In this document: positions 1-12,075 of the stretch, one piece after another | Layout of the letters: each line of letters begins with the position of its first letter | How positions within the stretch are numbered: the first letter of the stretch is position 1 | Assembly: GCA_964016885.1 (NCBI GenBank) | Contig: OZ024740.1 | Location: 127,782,001-127,846,000 of the forward strand | Length of the DNA stretch: 64,000 nt | Direction of reading: 5' to 3' | DNA from: Eledone cirrhosa | Taxonomy: Eukaryota | The notes under the pieces: generated by a model | What the model was told of the DNA's origin: nothing | What the model saw: the letters and a program-made list of their open reading frames with translations, nothing else | The model's database searches: none | Made by a program: the position numbers and the translations under genes

Positions 1-3000
1 TTCCGACACCCGCATTTTCGACGACTATCAGATCTTCGCATCTGTTAGCAGACCAGCAATGGGGATGGGGTGGCAGTGCTGTTTAGGAAAGGACTGGATC
101 TCGAGGTAAGGTAGATCTTCCGCGACCCGGATGGTAAATTGGTGGTCTTGGATGTGAGCAGTAGCGAAGGTGGTACCTTTAGACTGCTGGCCGTCTACGC
201 CCCTACAGGGGCCGGACGACCGGACTTCTTTAGGCGCCTGGAGACTTTTCTGGGTACGTATCGCCCTTTACTGTTAGCGGGGGACTGGAATGGCATCTTA
301 GACGCACGCTAGGATTGTGTTGGAGTAGCAGATAGGAGCGGGGGGTGAAAAAGCCTTAAGCACCTACTCAGCCGGTTCCAACAGTCTGACAGGTATCGAC
401 TAGATTTCCCCAATGTGCCAATGTGGACATGGACCGACCGAATGGGGTCATCTAGATCGTATATAGACAGGATCTTCATTAGGAAAATAGATAGAAATAG
501 TGTGGGCTGCCCACTTTTTAAAATGGTCGCCTATTCAGATCACAAATTTGTGATCTGTACGGTCGACCTAGATAAAACGCGTAGATTAGGACCCGGTTAC
601 TGGAAGCTGAACATGTCATTTCCGGCACGTAAGGCTTACAGGGTCCGAGTCAACAATTTAGTTAAGCAAAAGTTGACAGGGGGGATCATCAAAAAAAGAT
701 GGTGGGGGGGGGGGGGGGGCTCTCAAAAGAGAGATTAGAGTAACTTCGATAGAGTTCAGCAAAGAACTAGCGTTAGAGAAAAATAGAAAGGAGGGAGAGC
801 TGCTAGATAAGTTAGACGAGGCTATTTGTACTGACGTGCTAGCGGCGAGAATCGCATTAGACCATTTCTTCAAAGAGAAACACGAAGGTTGCATTGTCAG
901 AGCTAAGGCGCGTCCGCTGAGAAACGAGGGAACCAAAGCTGTTCGATGGGCCCGCGTGGCGGAGGCGCAGCGTGGTAATAAAACCACAATTCGGTCTTTG
1001 GCGGACCGAGACGGACACGAGATAAGCGATTCCAAGCGGATGTGTGAGGCTTTTCGCCAGCACTTTGCTCGGTTGTTCGGGTGAAGTGGCGAGTCAGAGA
1101 GAGTAGCGGATTTCAGTCCCTATCTTGACGGCTTGCCGCGCATCTCGACGGTCGACGCTGAGCGCTGCGAAAGGCCGATTACTTCAACCGAAATTAAGGA
1201 CGCCCTTGTAGGCTGCATAAGGCGCAAGTCACCCGGTTTGGATGGCATGCCCTACGAGATTTACGTAAATATGCCAGACTTGTTCTCCGAACTCCTCGAA
1301 GCACTTACTGCAACTGGCATCAGAATGCGAGTATTCCCAGTTCTGTGAGCAGGGGAGTAGTGATGCTGAAAAGGAAAGACGAGAACAAGAGGGATACATT
1401 AGACAACTGCAGGCCCATAATTCTGCTCAACACAGCGTTTAAGATTTTGGCCAATGTGTTAGCAAAGAGATTGGCGCTTGTCGTCGAGGATTTGGTTGGG
1501 GAGGCGCAAACTTGCGCAATCCCAGCCAGGTCCATACACGACCATCTCCACCTCATGCGATACATCATAGAGAGGGTAGGGTGTAAACCTGGCTTCGGTG
1601 GGGCACTGATCAATTTAGATCAATCGAAAGCATTCGATAGGGTCGACCATCGGTATCTGGAGTTTGTCCTCAAAGCAGCTGGCTTCGTGATGATGTCGAC
1701 TACCTCAGAAATCGAGGTGGTCGGCACCTTATTGAAGGAATATGAAAGGTTGACAGGAGCCAAACTTAACCCGGAAAAGTCGGTGGGCTTGCAGTTGGGA
1801 ACCTGGAGAGGTAAGCCCATGCCGTCCAACAGCGTTGTGGGGCGCTGGACGGACGGGCCGGTAAAGTTGCTCGGAGTTTGGTTCGGACCAGACCTCCAGG
1901 TGGGAAAGAATTGGGACGAGGTAACGAGCAGAGTAGCCAACCTCACCCAAAAATGGGCTGGGAGGAAGCTATCACTGAAAGGTCGCGCGGAGGTGGCGAA
2001 TGCGTACATCGCGTCCGTCATCTACTACCGCCTGACCGTCGTGCCTTACCCCTGTCCACGCCTCGTCAAGTTGGAACGGCTCCTCTTCAAATTCTTGTGG
2101 AGAGGACAAGTTCCGTTGGTGAAGCGGTCCATCTGCTGCCAGCACCCTCTACGCGGAGGGCTGGGCATGCCGTGGTTAATGATGCGCAGACATGCGTTGA
2201 GGCTGCGACATCTCCAGATATTCTGCCTCAACGGAGAACAGGTGTGTTCGCCGTTTATCAGATGGGCCTTTCCGCAGCTCATTTCTTTGACTGAGCTGCA
2301 ATCCTGGGTCAAGAAGAGACCGAGACTGGGTGACTGGCACCTGGAATGTTGCCAGGCACTCACTGCCCTCTACCAAGCGGTCAATGCGATCAGTGAACTT
2401 CCACTCTCGAGATCTACAGAGGATTAATGGTGGGCAAGTGCGATGACGCACTCTGAGAAGCTTTGGGCCTCGACGAAGTCGAACTGACCAGTCTGTACCG
2501 GAGGACTTTTGAGCCGGGGACGATGGACAATTTCCAGAAATCCCTCGCTTGGCAGTGCTAACGGGGGGCGCTGCCGGTTCGGGATAAATTTTACAGGCAC
2601 GGAAGTGCTTTCAGACGGACCTGCCCAAGATGCGCACAGAACGAGGAAACCGTTCTGCACGCACTTGTCCAATGTCCGTGCATTACTGACTTGTGGAGTT
2701 ATGTCGAACAGCTACTGTCGCGTGTGGAACGAATCCGGCTATCGGCCGAGTCCATAGTGAAGATCGATCCACCGCCTTCCTTAGGTCATGAAGAGCAGAA
2801 CATTTTCCTCTGTCTGGTGGCAGTTGCGAAAGAGGTTATATGGTGGACCAGGTTAAATGGACTGAAGACAGACACTTTTCTCTTCGGCCAATCCCCAATC
2901 AACTTCTTCAAGTTTCACCTGGAAAGGAAGGTGAGGTGGAGAGAGAAGTGCTGCTCCCCAGTACATTTGCTAAAAGGTGGGTGAATCTGGCGAGAATGGC

Positions 3001-3331
3001 TCGTGTGAATGGGCCTACTCTGACCATGCGCCTATAGGCTAGCTAACGTGAGGAGAAGGGTGCTCTCCCTGGCTGCCCTAGAAGCGCAGGGTGGTTCAGG
3101 ATTGGTGGGGTACCCGAGTCACCCCAGGGTCGTCCATCCCCTATCGGGGAATTTATTTTGTTATATTTATGCATAGTTTATTTTATATTTTTATATTTTC
3201 ATTGTCAAATTAGTCTTGCCATTGTGCACTTTTACCCAACCTTATTGTAAACCCCCACTGTCCCTGTCTTTGTATTTTCCCCTACATGTCGGCCCTTGTG
3301 GTTAATAAATGAAATCATTATTATTATTATT
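1..3331 (+). mobile_element. Tx1/L1-like non-LTR retrotransposon copy 1 (degenerate ORF2: APE endonuclease, RT, C-terminal zinc finger; 3' UTR; (ATT)n tail); 5' part lies outside the window
   Basis: Motifs AVYAP, GDWNG, SYIDR, SDHK, GYWKLN, KSPGLDG, RPIILLNTAFKILA, DQSKAFDRVDH, KLLGVWFG and CPRC..ETVLH..C, spread over frameshifts and stops. Ends in CCCTTGTGGTTAATAAA followed by (ATT)n at about 3318-3331. Confidence 0.93.
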
Positions 3332-6022
3332 GGCGACCTACGTAGTAAATCGTATCATCGTGAGCTCCACAAATGTTTGTTATTTTCAGTTGTTTAAAAC
3401 TGCCATTTATGGAAAAGTTTTATTGTTAACTGTAAATAAGTGCACATACATAGATTTCTGAAAAGGACACTAAAAAGTATTGGGGCCTTGAGCCCAAAAT
3501 TTAAACTTTTTATAATTATCAAACAAAACAAATTTCTTTGAAAAATCATGCAAGACTCAGTGTCACTCCTTCCTCACAAACTAACACCTCACACCGACAC
3601 CACCATTGTAAATATTACTACGTTTGCCAACACTAAACATATAAGCAGTAGCAATATTTTAAATTTGTCTCAGGCAGACATTCATTTCCCGCCATTACCA
3701 ATGACTGCAGGTGTTAAAGCCGCCACCCCCACCATCAGAACCACAGCGACAACCCCCAGCACAACCACCACAGCGACAACAGAAAAAAATAAAAAAAATA
3801 AATTAACTCGTGATATCGAAATGAATTCAACCAAAATGAACTCTTCCACACTGAACACCACTGACGCCACCACAACTGAAACTAAAATTAACAATAACAA
3901 AAATAACAATAACAACAACAGCAACAATGAAATTAAGAAAACTACCCCGAGTTTTGCCAGAGTAGCCAAAAACGTGCGAAGCGATCCAGGTAACTCAGGA
4001 GGAATTAGAAGAAGCCAAAAGAATGGTAAAGAAAGATGGGTATAGGGTCAGCCTCCCTCCCCCCACCTAATAAAATGGAGCATCGTCGCCCATGCACCGT
4101 GTCTTATCGGACAATTAACATAAAATCGCGCCGAGTGGAACGGGCATCCGAGTCCCAAATCCAAAAACTTTGGGACATGTGTAGGCAAAAAAAACACACA
4201 TCAGACGTGGGCAGAAATATGGAACCGTGGACGTGTTCTTTGAAACACCACAGGAGGTCAGAGAACACTCCATGGCACCATTAAGAAGTGACAACTTCAC
4301 TCTCGTCCCAAGCTATTGTGGCAAGAGACCTGTGAAGATCAAGGTGACCCACGTTCCACCGGCCATCGAAATTCCCTGGCTAATGGCTGCCGTCCTCGCC
4401 GGCATCGAGGCCAACACCAAGATAATCGAAATAGCGAAAGGAAAGCAGGAGAACTAGTCCGGATCTGGGATGGAGCTCATGATCCAAGCGGACCATAAAA
4501 GCATTGAGGAGATCCCAGAGGTAATAGACCTCACTGACGGCAGCCACCTCACCGTAATCGTCGAGGGCAGAAGGCCTAGGTGTGCCGTTTGTGGTGAAGG
4601 AACACACCTAAAGGCTTTCTGCCCTCAGGTTAAAAGGTTGAGGCCACCTCTCTTACCCACCCCAGTGACTCAACCATCAGTACCACCAGCTGCAGAAATC
4701 GCAGCAACAACAGAAGCAACTGTAACAGCAACAACCCCAGCAACAGTAGCAAAACCAACACCACCACCACCCAACGCGCCTACACCATCCACCACGCCAC
4801 AACCAAAACCAACGCCTGTGGAGGATTTTCCACTCCACGGCTTATCGCAACTGGAGACAGGTTGTGACGACGAGGAGTGGGAAACGGTATCAGGAAAAAA
4901 GAAAAAAAGAAACCAAAAAAGAAAAAAATTCTCTTTCTTCCCTCTCCAAAAATAAAATACAGAGGGAAACAAATAAATTATCAAACAAAAAGGTTAGGCC
5001 AGATATGCCACACCAGCATCACCAACTCCATCACCACAAACACCAACAGCATCACCATCATTAACCCCAACACCACCATCACCAACACCACAAAAGTCAT
5101 CAAAATGCTTACAAGAACAAACCCGCAACAAACGCAAACAAAACAAAACAACCAAAACGATACACACTACACAGCATTAAATTTGAACAACAACCAATTA
5201 TTTCACTACATCCAACACAGCACCAGCATCACAGAAAAAGACTACACAACAACCCAAAAGTTCACACCACCTCCACACATATAAATCACTCGCATCACAC
5301 AGAAAACGAACACGACACTAAAACAAAAATTCCCCAAAACATCGGAGACTTCCGACAAACACTCTCCAGGAGGATTTATAAGGATATCCTTCCGGAGGAT
5401 GCCACAAGCAGTGAAAAGGATGGACAAACCATCCTTCCTTACCAACAAGTCTTTCCCATCTTTTCCACTCCATTTCAACATGACCTCACTCAGAATAGGC
5501 AGCATAAATGCGCGTGGCTTGGGGTTGTGATGTAAGCAGGGCACCTGCTCAACGACCTCAGGTCACTAAACATAGATGTAGTGGCCATCAGCGAGACCAG
5601 AATCTCCGAAGCACGGGCCTTCGCACCGATCTTCGGCGGCTACGATGTGTACGCATCTCCCCGCCGTCCTGGATCATTACTGTGCTTTTTCGGAGAGGTT
5701 TGGATCTCGCCATACGGGCCATTTTCCTGGACCCAGAAGGTAAGTTGGTGGCGCTGGACGTGACCAGAGGAGACGGGCAAGCTTTCAGGCTAGTGGCCGT
5801 CTATGCTCCGGCAGGAGCAGGGCGGCCTGATTTCTTCCGGCGTCTGGAGACCTTTCTTGGAACGTCTCGCTCTTTAGTGTTAGTGGGTGACTGGAACGGG
5901 ATCTTAGATGCACGCTGGGACTGTGTTGGATTAGCGGATAGGGGTGTAGAGTGCAAGAGCCTCACCAACCTGCTCAGGCGTTTTGAACTGTCTGACAGTT
6001 ACCGATTGGATTTCCCAGATGT
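3332..6022 (+). mobile_element. Tx1/L1-like LINE copy 2 (5' UTR, ORF1, start of ORF2 endonuclease); 3' truncated or interrupted
   Basis: Begins immediately after the (ATT)n tail of copy 1. ORF1 fragments (3548 to about 5280) include the CCHC knuckle RPRCAVCGEGTHLKAFCP. ORF2 starts at ATG 5480 (MTSLRIGSINARGLG), then AISETR, AVYAP and GDWNG, and breaks at about 6022. Confidence 0.9.
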
Positions 6023-6024
6023 CC

Positions 6025-6926
6025 AAGAAGGGATTTTTCTTGAAGGTTGCTCTTCCTCCTTGTTATTCCCTCCTTGGACATCTCCTGGTCTCCTTCAGTA
6101 TAAATTTGAGCATTGGCTCCCTACTGTCAGTCACGTATTTGTGCAGGTTGTTTTTCTCCATCTTAACACAGTCCTCTATGCTGATAAGACCTCTTCCCCC
6201 TTCAGCTCTCTTTAAGTAGAGTCTATCGACATCATTCCTCTTGGGGAACATGTTGTAGATAGTCAATAGCTTCCTAGTCTTCCTATCGATTTCTTTTTGT
6301 TCAGCAACATTCCATTTCCGAATTCCAGCACTGTACCTAATAATAGACACAGCTCGGGAATTCACTGCACTTAAGACATTCCTACTATTTAGATGTAATT
6401 TGAATACGCTCCTTACTCTCCTTATGTACTCAGATCTTATCAATTCCTTCATATGATTGTTCTTGATGTCATCCGCCTCCAGAACGTCTAAATATGTGTA
6501 TCCCTCTTCAGTGTCAATTTCCTTTATCATCTCACCTGTTGGTACCTGGATTTTGTTGCTTCTGCTCAATATACCCCTCTTCATCACTCGGACTCCACAT
6601 TTATTAATACCAAATTCCATACATATATTTGCTGAAAATACAGACAGTGTCAACCAGAACATCCAACTCCTTGTCACTCTTCTCAAAGAGTTTAAGATCG
6701 TCCATGAAGAGGAGATGGTTGATGGTAAGCTCCCCTTTTCCCAGCTTGTATCCTGCTCTCAAGTTTCGCAATATAACGGTTAGGTGTATCAGGGCAAGGA
6801 CAAAGAGCAGAAGGGACAAACTATCTCCCTGGAAGATACCTCACTTGATCTCCCGTCTCCCAAGGATTCTCCACCCGTTGTTACCTCTGTTTCCCAGGAC
6901 TTCATACTTTTGCCCAACAACTGTCT
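6025..6926 (-). mobile_element. Dong/R4-like RLE non-LTR retrotransposon internal fragment (RT C-terminal half)
   Basis: GIFQGDSLSLLLF, HLLFMDDLKLF, FGINKC, YTYLDV and RAEGGRGL. Aligns by eye with about 8381-9286 of the larger copy. Abuts an (ATT)n tract at 6927. Confidence 0.88.
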
Positions 6927-7176
6927 ATTATTATTATTTTATTTTATTTTCTTTCATTATTGTTTCTGAGATATATACCGAGTGCCTTCCTGACACCTAG
7001 GGCAAATAAATTCACAGTGTGCATTGGTAAGCCAGTCAATACAGCACATTGATTATAATTAAAGAAAAACAAAACAATAAACATATATACACATGTGCAT
7101 ATGCATATGTAAATACAAGGAGGGATATCAATCTTACAGACATAGTGCTCTTCTCAATACGTTATTATTATTATTA

Positions 7177-7214
<38 letters not shown>

Positions 7215-7216
<2 letters not shown>

Positions 7217-7380
7217 TTCTATGTCCTTTTTTTTTTCTTTTCTTATATAAATAATAAAAATATTTACACGCACAAAACCCACATCGTACCGTCTTGTACC
7301 GCCCTGTGCCGTCCGCAATGTTTTTCTTGATGTCAGCCCCTGTGGCCAATAAAGAAATCATTATTATTATTATTATTATT
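7215..7380 (+). mobile_element. Tx1-like LINE 3' UTR fragment with (ATT)n tail
   Basis: Ends CCCCTGTGGCCAATAAAGAAATC(ATT)n, the same terminus as copies 1 and 3. Confidence 0.7.
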
Positions 7381-7556
7381 CGTAAATGCCCGTAACTCTA
7401 CGCCATGCTTTGCAGAATAGAGTAACGGGCCTTCACGATCTGAGTTCAAATCCCGCCGAGGTTAACTTTGCCTGTCATCCTTACAGGGTCAATAAAATAA
7501 AGTATCAGTAATTCCCTGGTTTAATTGCTGGCCTTGTGCCAAAAGTAGAAACAAGT
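7381..7556 (+). mobile_element. tRNA-derived SINE (Meta/MESC-like central domain)
   Basis: B-box GAGTTCAAATCC, then GCCGAGGTTAACTTTGCCTGTCATCCTTACAGGGTCAATAAAATAAAGTA and tail GCTGGCCTTGTGCCAAAAGTAGAAACAA. Several other copies occur in the window. The Meta-domain assignment is from recalled similarity. Confidence 0.85.
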
Positions 7557-7560
7557 ATTA

Positions 7561-10500
7561 TTGTTCTTTGAGTCTCAGTCATTGATGTTAGTTAACTGGA
7601 AAGTTTGTTGAAATGAATATCAAGCCACTCTCTGCAGCCTCATATATTCAGGACGTATCGAAGGGTTCTTGCTGTTCCCAGCAAGCATGCCTTATGAAGC
7701 GTTCCAAAAAGCGTGGCGGGGCCAATTTTCTTTAACCATCCCTGGATGGTTTTTGACATAGTACCTAGTGCGCCTATGACAATCGGGACCACTTTGACTT
7801 CATGGCAGTGCCAAATCCTTTTTACCTCCCAATGTAAGTCCTGGTTTCGGTTAATTTTCTCCCTCTCCTTCTCTTGCACTCTCGTGTCGAATGGGCAGGC
7901 CACATCAACAATCAGGCACGATCTTTTTCGCTTGTCCAAAACGACCAGGTCAGGTCTATTGTGTTCCAGTTTCTTGTCCGTCTGTATCCTAAAATCCCAC
8001 AGCACCTTCACCTGATCGTTTTCTATCACCGACTCTGGTTTATGCTCATACCACTTCTCAGAATGTGGTAAATTGTTTACTTTGCATAGGTGCCAGTGGA
8101 TCACCCTGCCCATCACATTATGTCTCCAGCCCTTATAGTGAGTCTGGGCTAGGTGTTTACACTCAGATACAGTGTGAGCCACAGTCTGCTCTCTCTCTCC
8201 ACAGATCCTGCACATTGGGCTAGCCTCCTCCTTGTAAATATGGTGTTTCAACCACTTTCATTTGAGGGCCTGCTCTTGCGCAGCCATTAGCATTTCTTCT
8301 GTAGCCTTTTTAAGGTCTCCTCTTTTCAACCAGTCCCATGTCGCTGGATCTCTGAATCCAGTTTTCTTAAAGAAGGTACTAAGAAGGGATTTTTCCTGAA
8401 GGCTGCTCTTTCTCCTTGTTGTTATTTCCTCCTTCGACATCCCCTGGTCTATTGTCCTCTCCTACTGTACAATTCTGAGCATTGGCTCCTTACTATCAGT
8501 CACGTATTTGTGTAGGTTGTTTTTCTCCATCTGAACACAGTCCTCTATGCTTATAAGACCTCTTCCACCTTGAGATCTCCTTAAGTAGAGTCTATCGACA
8601 TCACTCCTCTTGTGGAACATGTTGTAGATAGTCAATAGCTTCCTAGTCTTCCTATCCATTTCTTTTTGTTCAGCAACATTCCATCTCAGAATTCCCGCAC
8701 TGTACCTAATAATAGACACAGCTCGGGAATTTACTGCGCTTATGGCATTCCTACTGTTCAGATGTGACTTTAATACGCTCCTTACTCTCCGAATGTGTTC
8801 AGATCTTATCAATTCCATCATTTTTTTGTTTTTGATGTCATCAGCCTCCAGAACACCCAAATACTTGTATCCTTCTTCAGTGTCAATTTCCTTTATCATC
8901 TCACCTGTTGGTACCTGGATTCCGTTGCTTCTGTTCAATTTACCCCTCTTCATCACACTTACTAATACCAAATTGCATACATATATCATTGCTGAAAATA
9001 TGAACAGTGTCAACAAGCACATCCAACACTTTCTCACTCTTTCCGAAGAGCTTAAGATCGTCCATGAAGAGGAGTTGATTGATGGTAAGCTCTTCCTTAC
9101 CCAGCTTGTATGCTGCTCTCACTTTTCGCAGTATAATCGTCAGGGGCAACAAGGCAAGGACAAACAACAGAGGGAAAAGACTATCTCCCTGGAAGATACC
9201 TCTCCTGATCTTCACGCCTCCCAAGGATTCTCCAGTTGATGTTAACTCTGTTTTCCAGGACTTCATACTTTTGCCCAACAACTGTCTGATGTTATCTGCC
9301 ACCTTGAAGATCTCTAGGCTTTTGGTGATCCAAGAATGAGGCACCATGTCAAATGCATTTTTGTAGTCTATCCATCCCATGACAAGACCAGTGTGACTCC
9401 TCTTGCAATTCCTCATTATCATCTTATCAATAAGTAACTGGTCCTTTGTACCATGGGACTTCCGTCGCCATCCTTTCTGTTCGTCCGGTAACAAGTTGTT
9501 TGTGTGGAGGTGATGGTAGATTTCCTCAGACATAACACTTGTCAACAGTTTCCACATTACGAACAGACATGTGATATGTTCAAAATTTGTAACATCATTA
9601 CCCTTGATTCGGTCTTTCATTACCAGAACTGTGGTACCTGTTGTCAACCACTCTGGTACCTTACCTGACATCAACCAGTCATTGAACATGGTTGTCAGTT
9701 TCGGGTGGAGGGATGTTATATTTTTAATCCAATACCCCTGCACACCATCTGGACCTGGTGATTTCCAGTTGGTTAGTTTTTTGGCCTGCCCCTTAAGAGT
9801 TTCAACTGTGATACTCAAATCAGTGTGTTGGTGTGCCTGTTCACTAATCCCCTTTTGTACTGTCTCAATTCACACTGCCTGGTCATTATGTTTAACATCC
9901 TGCTCCCATATTCCTTTCCAGGATGTCTTAGTTTGTTCCGCCTCAGGGATCAAGTTGTTGCCTCTTTCTTTCCCTTCAAGCTGTCCAAACAGCATCTTCT
10001 GGTGGTTGTCAAACATGCGGTTCTGTCTATACTGACTGACTCTGCTCTCGTATCGCCTAATTTTTGCACTCTTTGCTGCAATGCGTTGCTTCAGTTCCTC
10101 TATGATAATATTTAGCTTTTTCCTCCTAGTTTTGTACTTTATTTCCAGTCTATTTTCAGTGTCTTTGTTTTTAGTGTCCCATTCAGTAGGGACTCAAGCT
10201 TTCCAATGTCATTTCTCATTTCCCTGATTTGACCATTCAGTCGTTTCTTCCACCAAGGTTCTGATCTTTCTTGTCTGTTGTTTCCTCTCGCTTTTATGCC
10301 AAGTAATTTTCTCACCCCATTTGCTGTTGCTTTGAGGATATTGTTGCACTGGTGAAGGCTCCTCGCCTGAAGGTATGGGATGACTTTGTTTACATTAGCT
10401 GTTCTTTCTTTTAACTTTTTCCTGTCTACAAGTCTTAACTTCATAGGTTTCCCACTATCATTGTTCAATTAATCTACCACTAAGTTTAGGATATCAACCA

Positions 10501-11175
10501 AATCTTATCCTATCCCGTCAGCATTCATCTCCTCAATGGCCGTATCTTTGTTCCAGGTATTATTTATTTCAGCATTCAGATCATTATCTGCTTCGGATGG
10601 TTCCTCCATTCTCTCAACCTCTTCACCTTCATTTCCCACTGGCTCGTTTGCCTGGCATACTCCACTCTCCATTTCCAACCTAATTTCTCTGCTCAGTTCC
10701 TCCAGTTCCAGCTCGCTTATCCACCCATTAGTTTTTATTACCCGAGCCTGCCCGGCCAATTTTTGTTCATCTAATTTAAATAGACGAATCTCGTTCCAGA
10801 TGTTATGCATCCGTTTCCTATAGCCTTTCTCCTTGGGGTTACTCTTCAGGTAACATTGCATAACAGTTCTATTCACTTCTTTCGTCCAGTTGGTTCTGGT
10901 CCCTTTCCTTCTTCTTCTTCCTCCGACAGCAGCAGTATTTGGTTCACAGCCAGGCCCCTGTTTCTGGGCCAGCGAGCACCTGTTGGGTGAGAGTCTTGTC
11001 ACATGACATTCCAGTCTCCACTTCACCGCTATTCGAACTGTTTATGTTCGACTCGACATTTAAACACTCTTATCGAGGATTGGTGAATATATGGTTACAT
11101 AACAACCAGTGATTTCATCACCTCCGTTGATTTCATCACCCCTGCTGATTTTAGTGTGGCACTATCACGCTGTAG
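7561..11175 (-). mobile_element. Near full-length, degenerate Dong/R4-like non-LTR retrotransposon (single ORF: N-terminal domain, RT, CCHC finger, restriction-like endonuclease)
   Basis: N-terminus RTNWTKEVNRTVMQCY..GYRKRMHNIW. RT motifs WKSPGPDG, IDYKNAFDMVPH, GIFQGDSL, FMDDLKLF and YKYLGV. Then CRICGEREQTVAHTVSEC, RHN and the RLE RPDLVVLDK..IVDVACPFD..EK. Stop at 7640, short 3' UTR ending in TAA-type repeats. 5' boundary approximate. Confidence 0.93.
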
Positions 11176-12014
11176 ACAGACACAAATAAACAAACAAACA
11201 AATAGGTAAACAAAAAAAAAACAAAAAGAATAAGCATAAGTTTCATTGTAATGTAATGTTTGAATGTCTGACTTAGTTTTTCCCTTCCCTTCTCTGTCTG
11301 TCTGTTTGTTTTTCTTTTCATTTTTCTTTTCTTTACGTTTTTCGTTGTTGCTGTGCTGTTTTGATTTTGATTTTTGGTTTTTGATTTTTTTTGACCGGGT
11401 CATCAAATCAGTCTATTTATATCTTTTGATGCCTTCCTCTCATAGTGGGGACACTACGATGCATGTCTTAGCAGCAGGTAGTGGGAGGGAATAACGGCGG
11501 TAGTGATAATGAGGCAGTGGTGGTGGTAGTGGAGGTGCTGTGCTAGTAGTACTTAGCAGGAGGTAGTGGGAGAGAATAGCGGTGGTAGCGATAATGAGGC
11601 AGTGGTTGTGGTGATGTGATCGTAGTACTGTAGTGATGGTGTTGAAGTTGAAGTAGAAATAGAAGTTGAGGTAACTTGACTACAGCTTTTGGCGTGGTAG
11701 TGGTGATGGTGGCGGTGGTGGTGTTGGTCGTGAACTTATTTGCCTGTCTGTCCACTTAGCCATTTAGCTTTTTAGCCATTTTGCCATTTTCCTCCTTTTA
11801 GACTATAACATTTCTGATCCAAAATTAAATATTAAATATTGGGGCCCTATCCCGTAAAGTGATGCGTTATGGCTTGCTGAGCGTGAAAAATGTAATCTTA
11901 TACTTCATTTGTAATAAGATTTATTCTATCACAGTTGTTTTAAATAAGTAAAAATCAAAAACTTACGGGAGCGATTCCATAACGATATATATCCACCATG
12001 TGCGTTTTCTTCCC
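11176..12014 (-). mobile_element. Probable 5' UTR and ORF1-start fragment of a Tx1-like LINE, head-to-head with copy 3
   Basis: The minus strand starts near CATGGTGG next to the (ATT)n tract and has a similar 5' UTR layout (GCTCC..TTTAAAAC, GGGCCCCAA hairpin), followed by Thr/Pro/Lys-rich low-complexity coding like the ORF1 N-termini of copies 2 and 3. Confidence 0.45.
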
Positions 12015-12015
12015 T

Positions 12016-12022
12016 ATTATTA

Positions 12023-12075
<53 letters not shown>
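12016..12075. repeat. (ATT)n microsatellite at a LINE junction
   Basis: About 20 ATT units between two LINE 5' ends. Confidence 0.95.
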
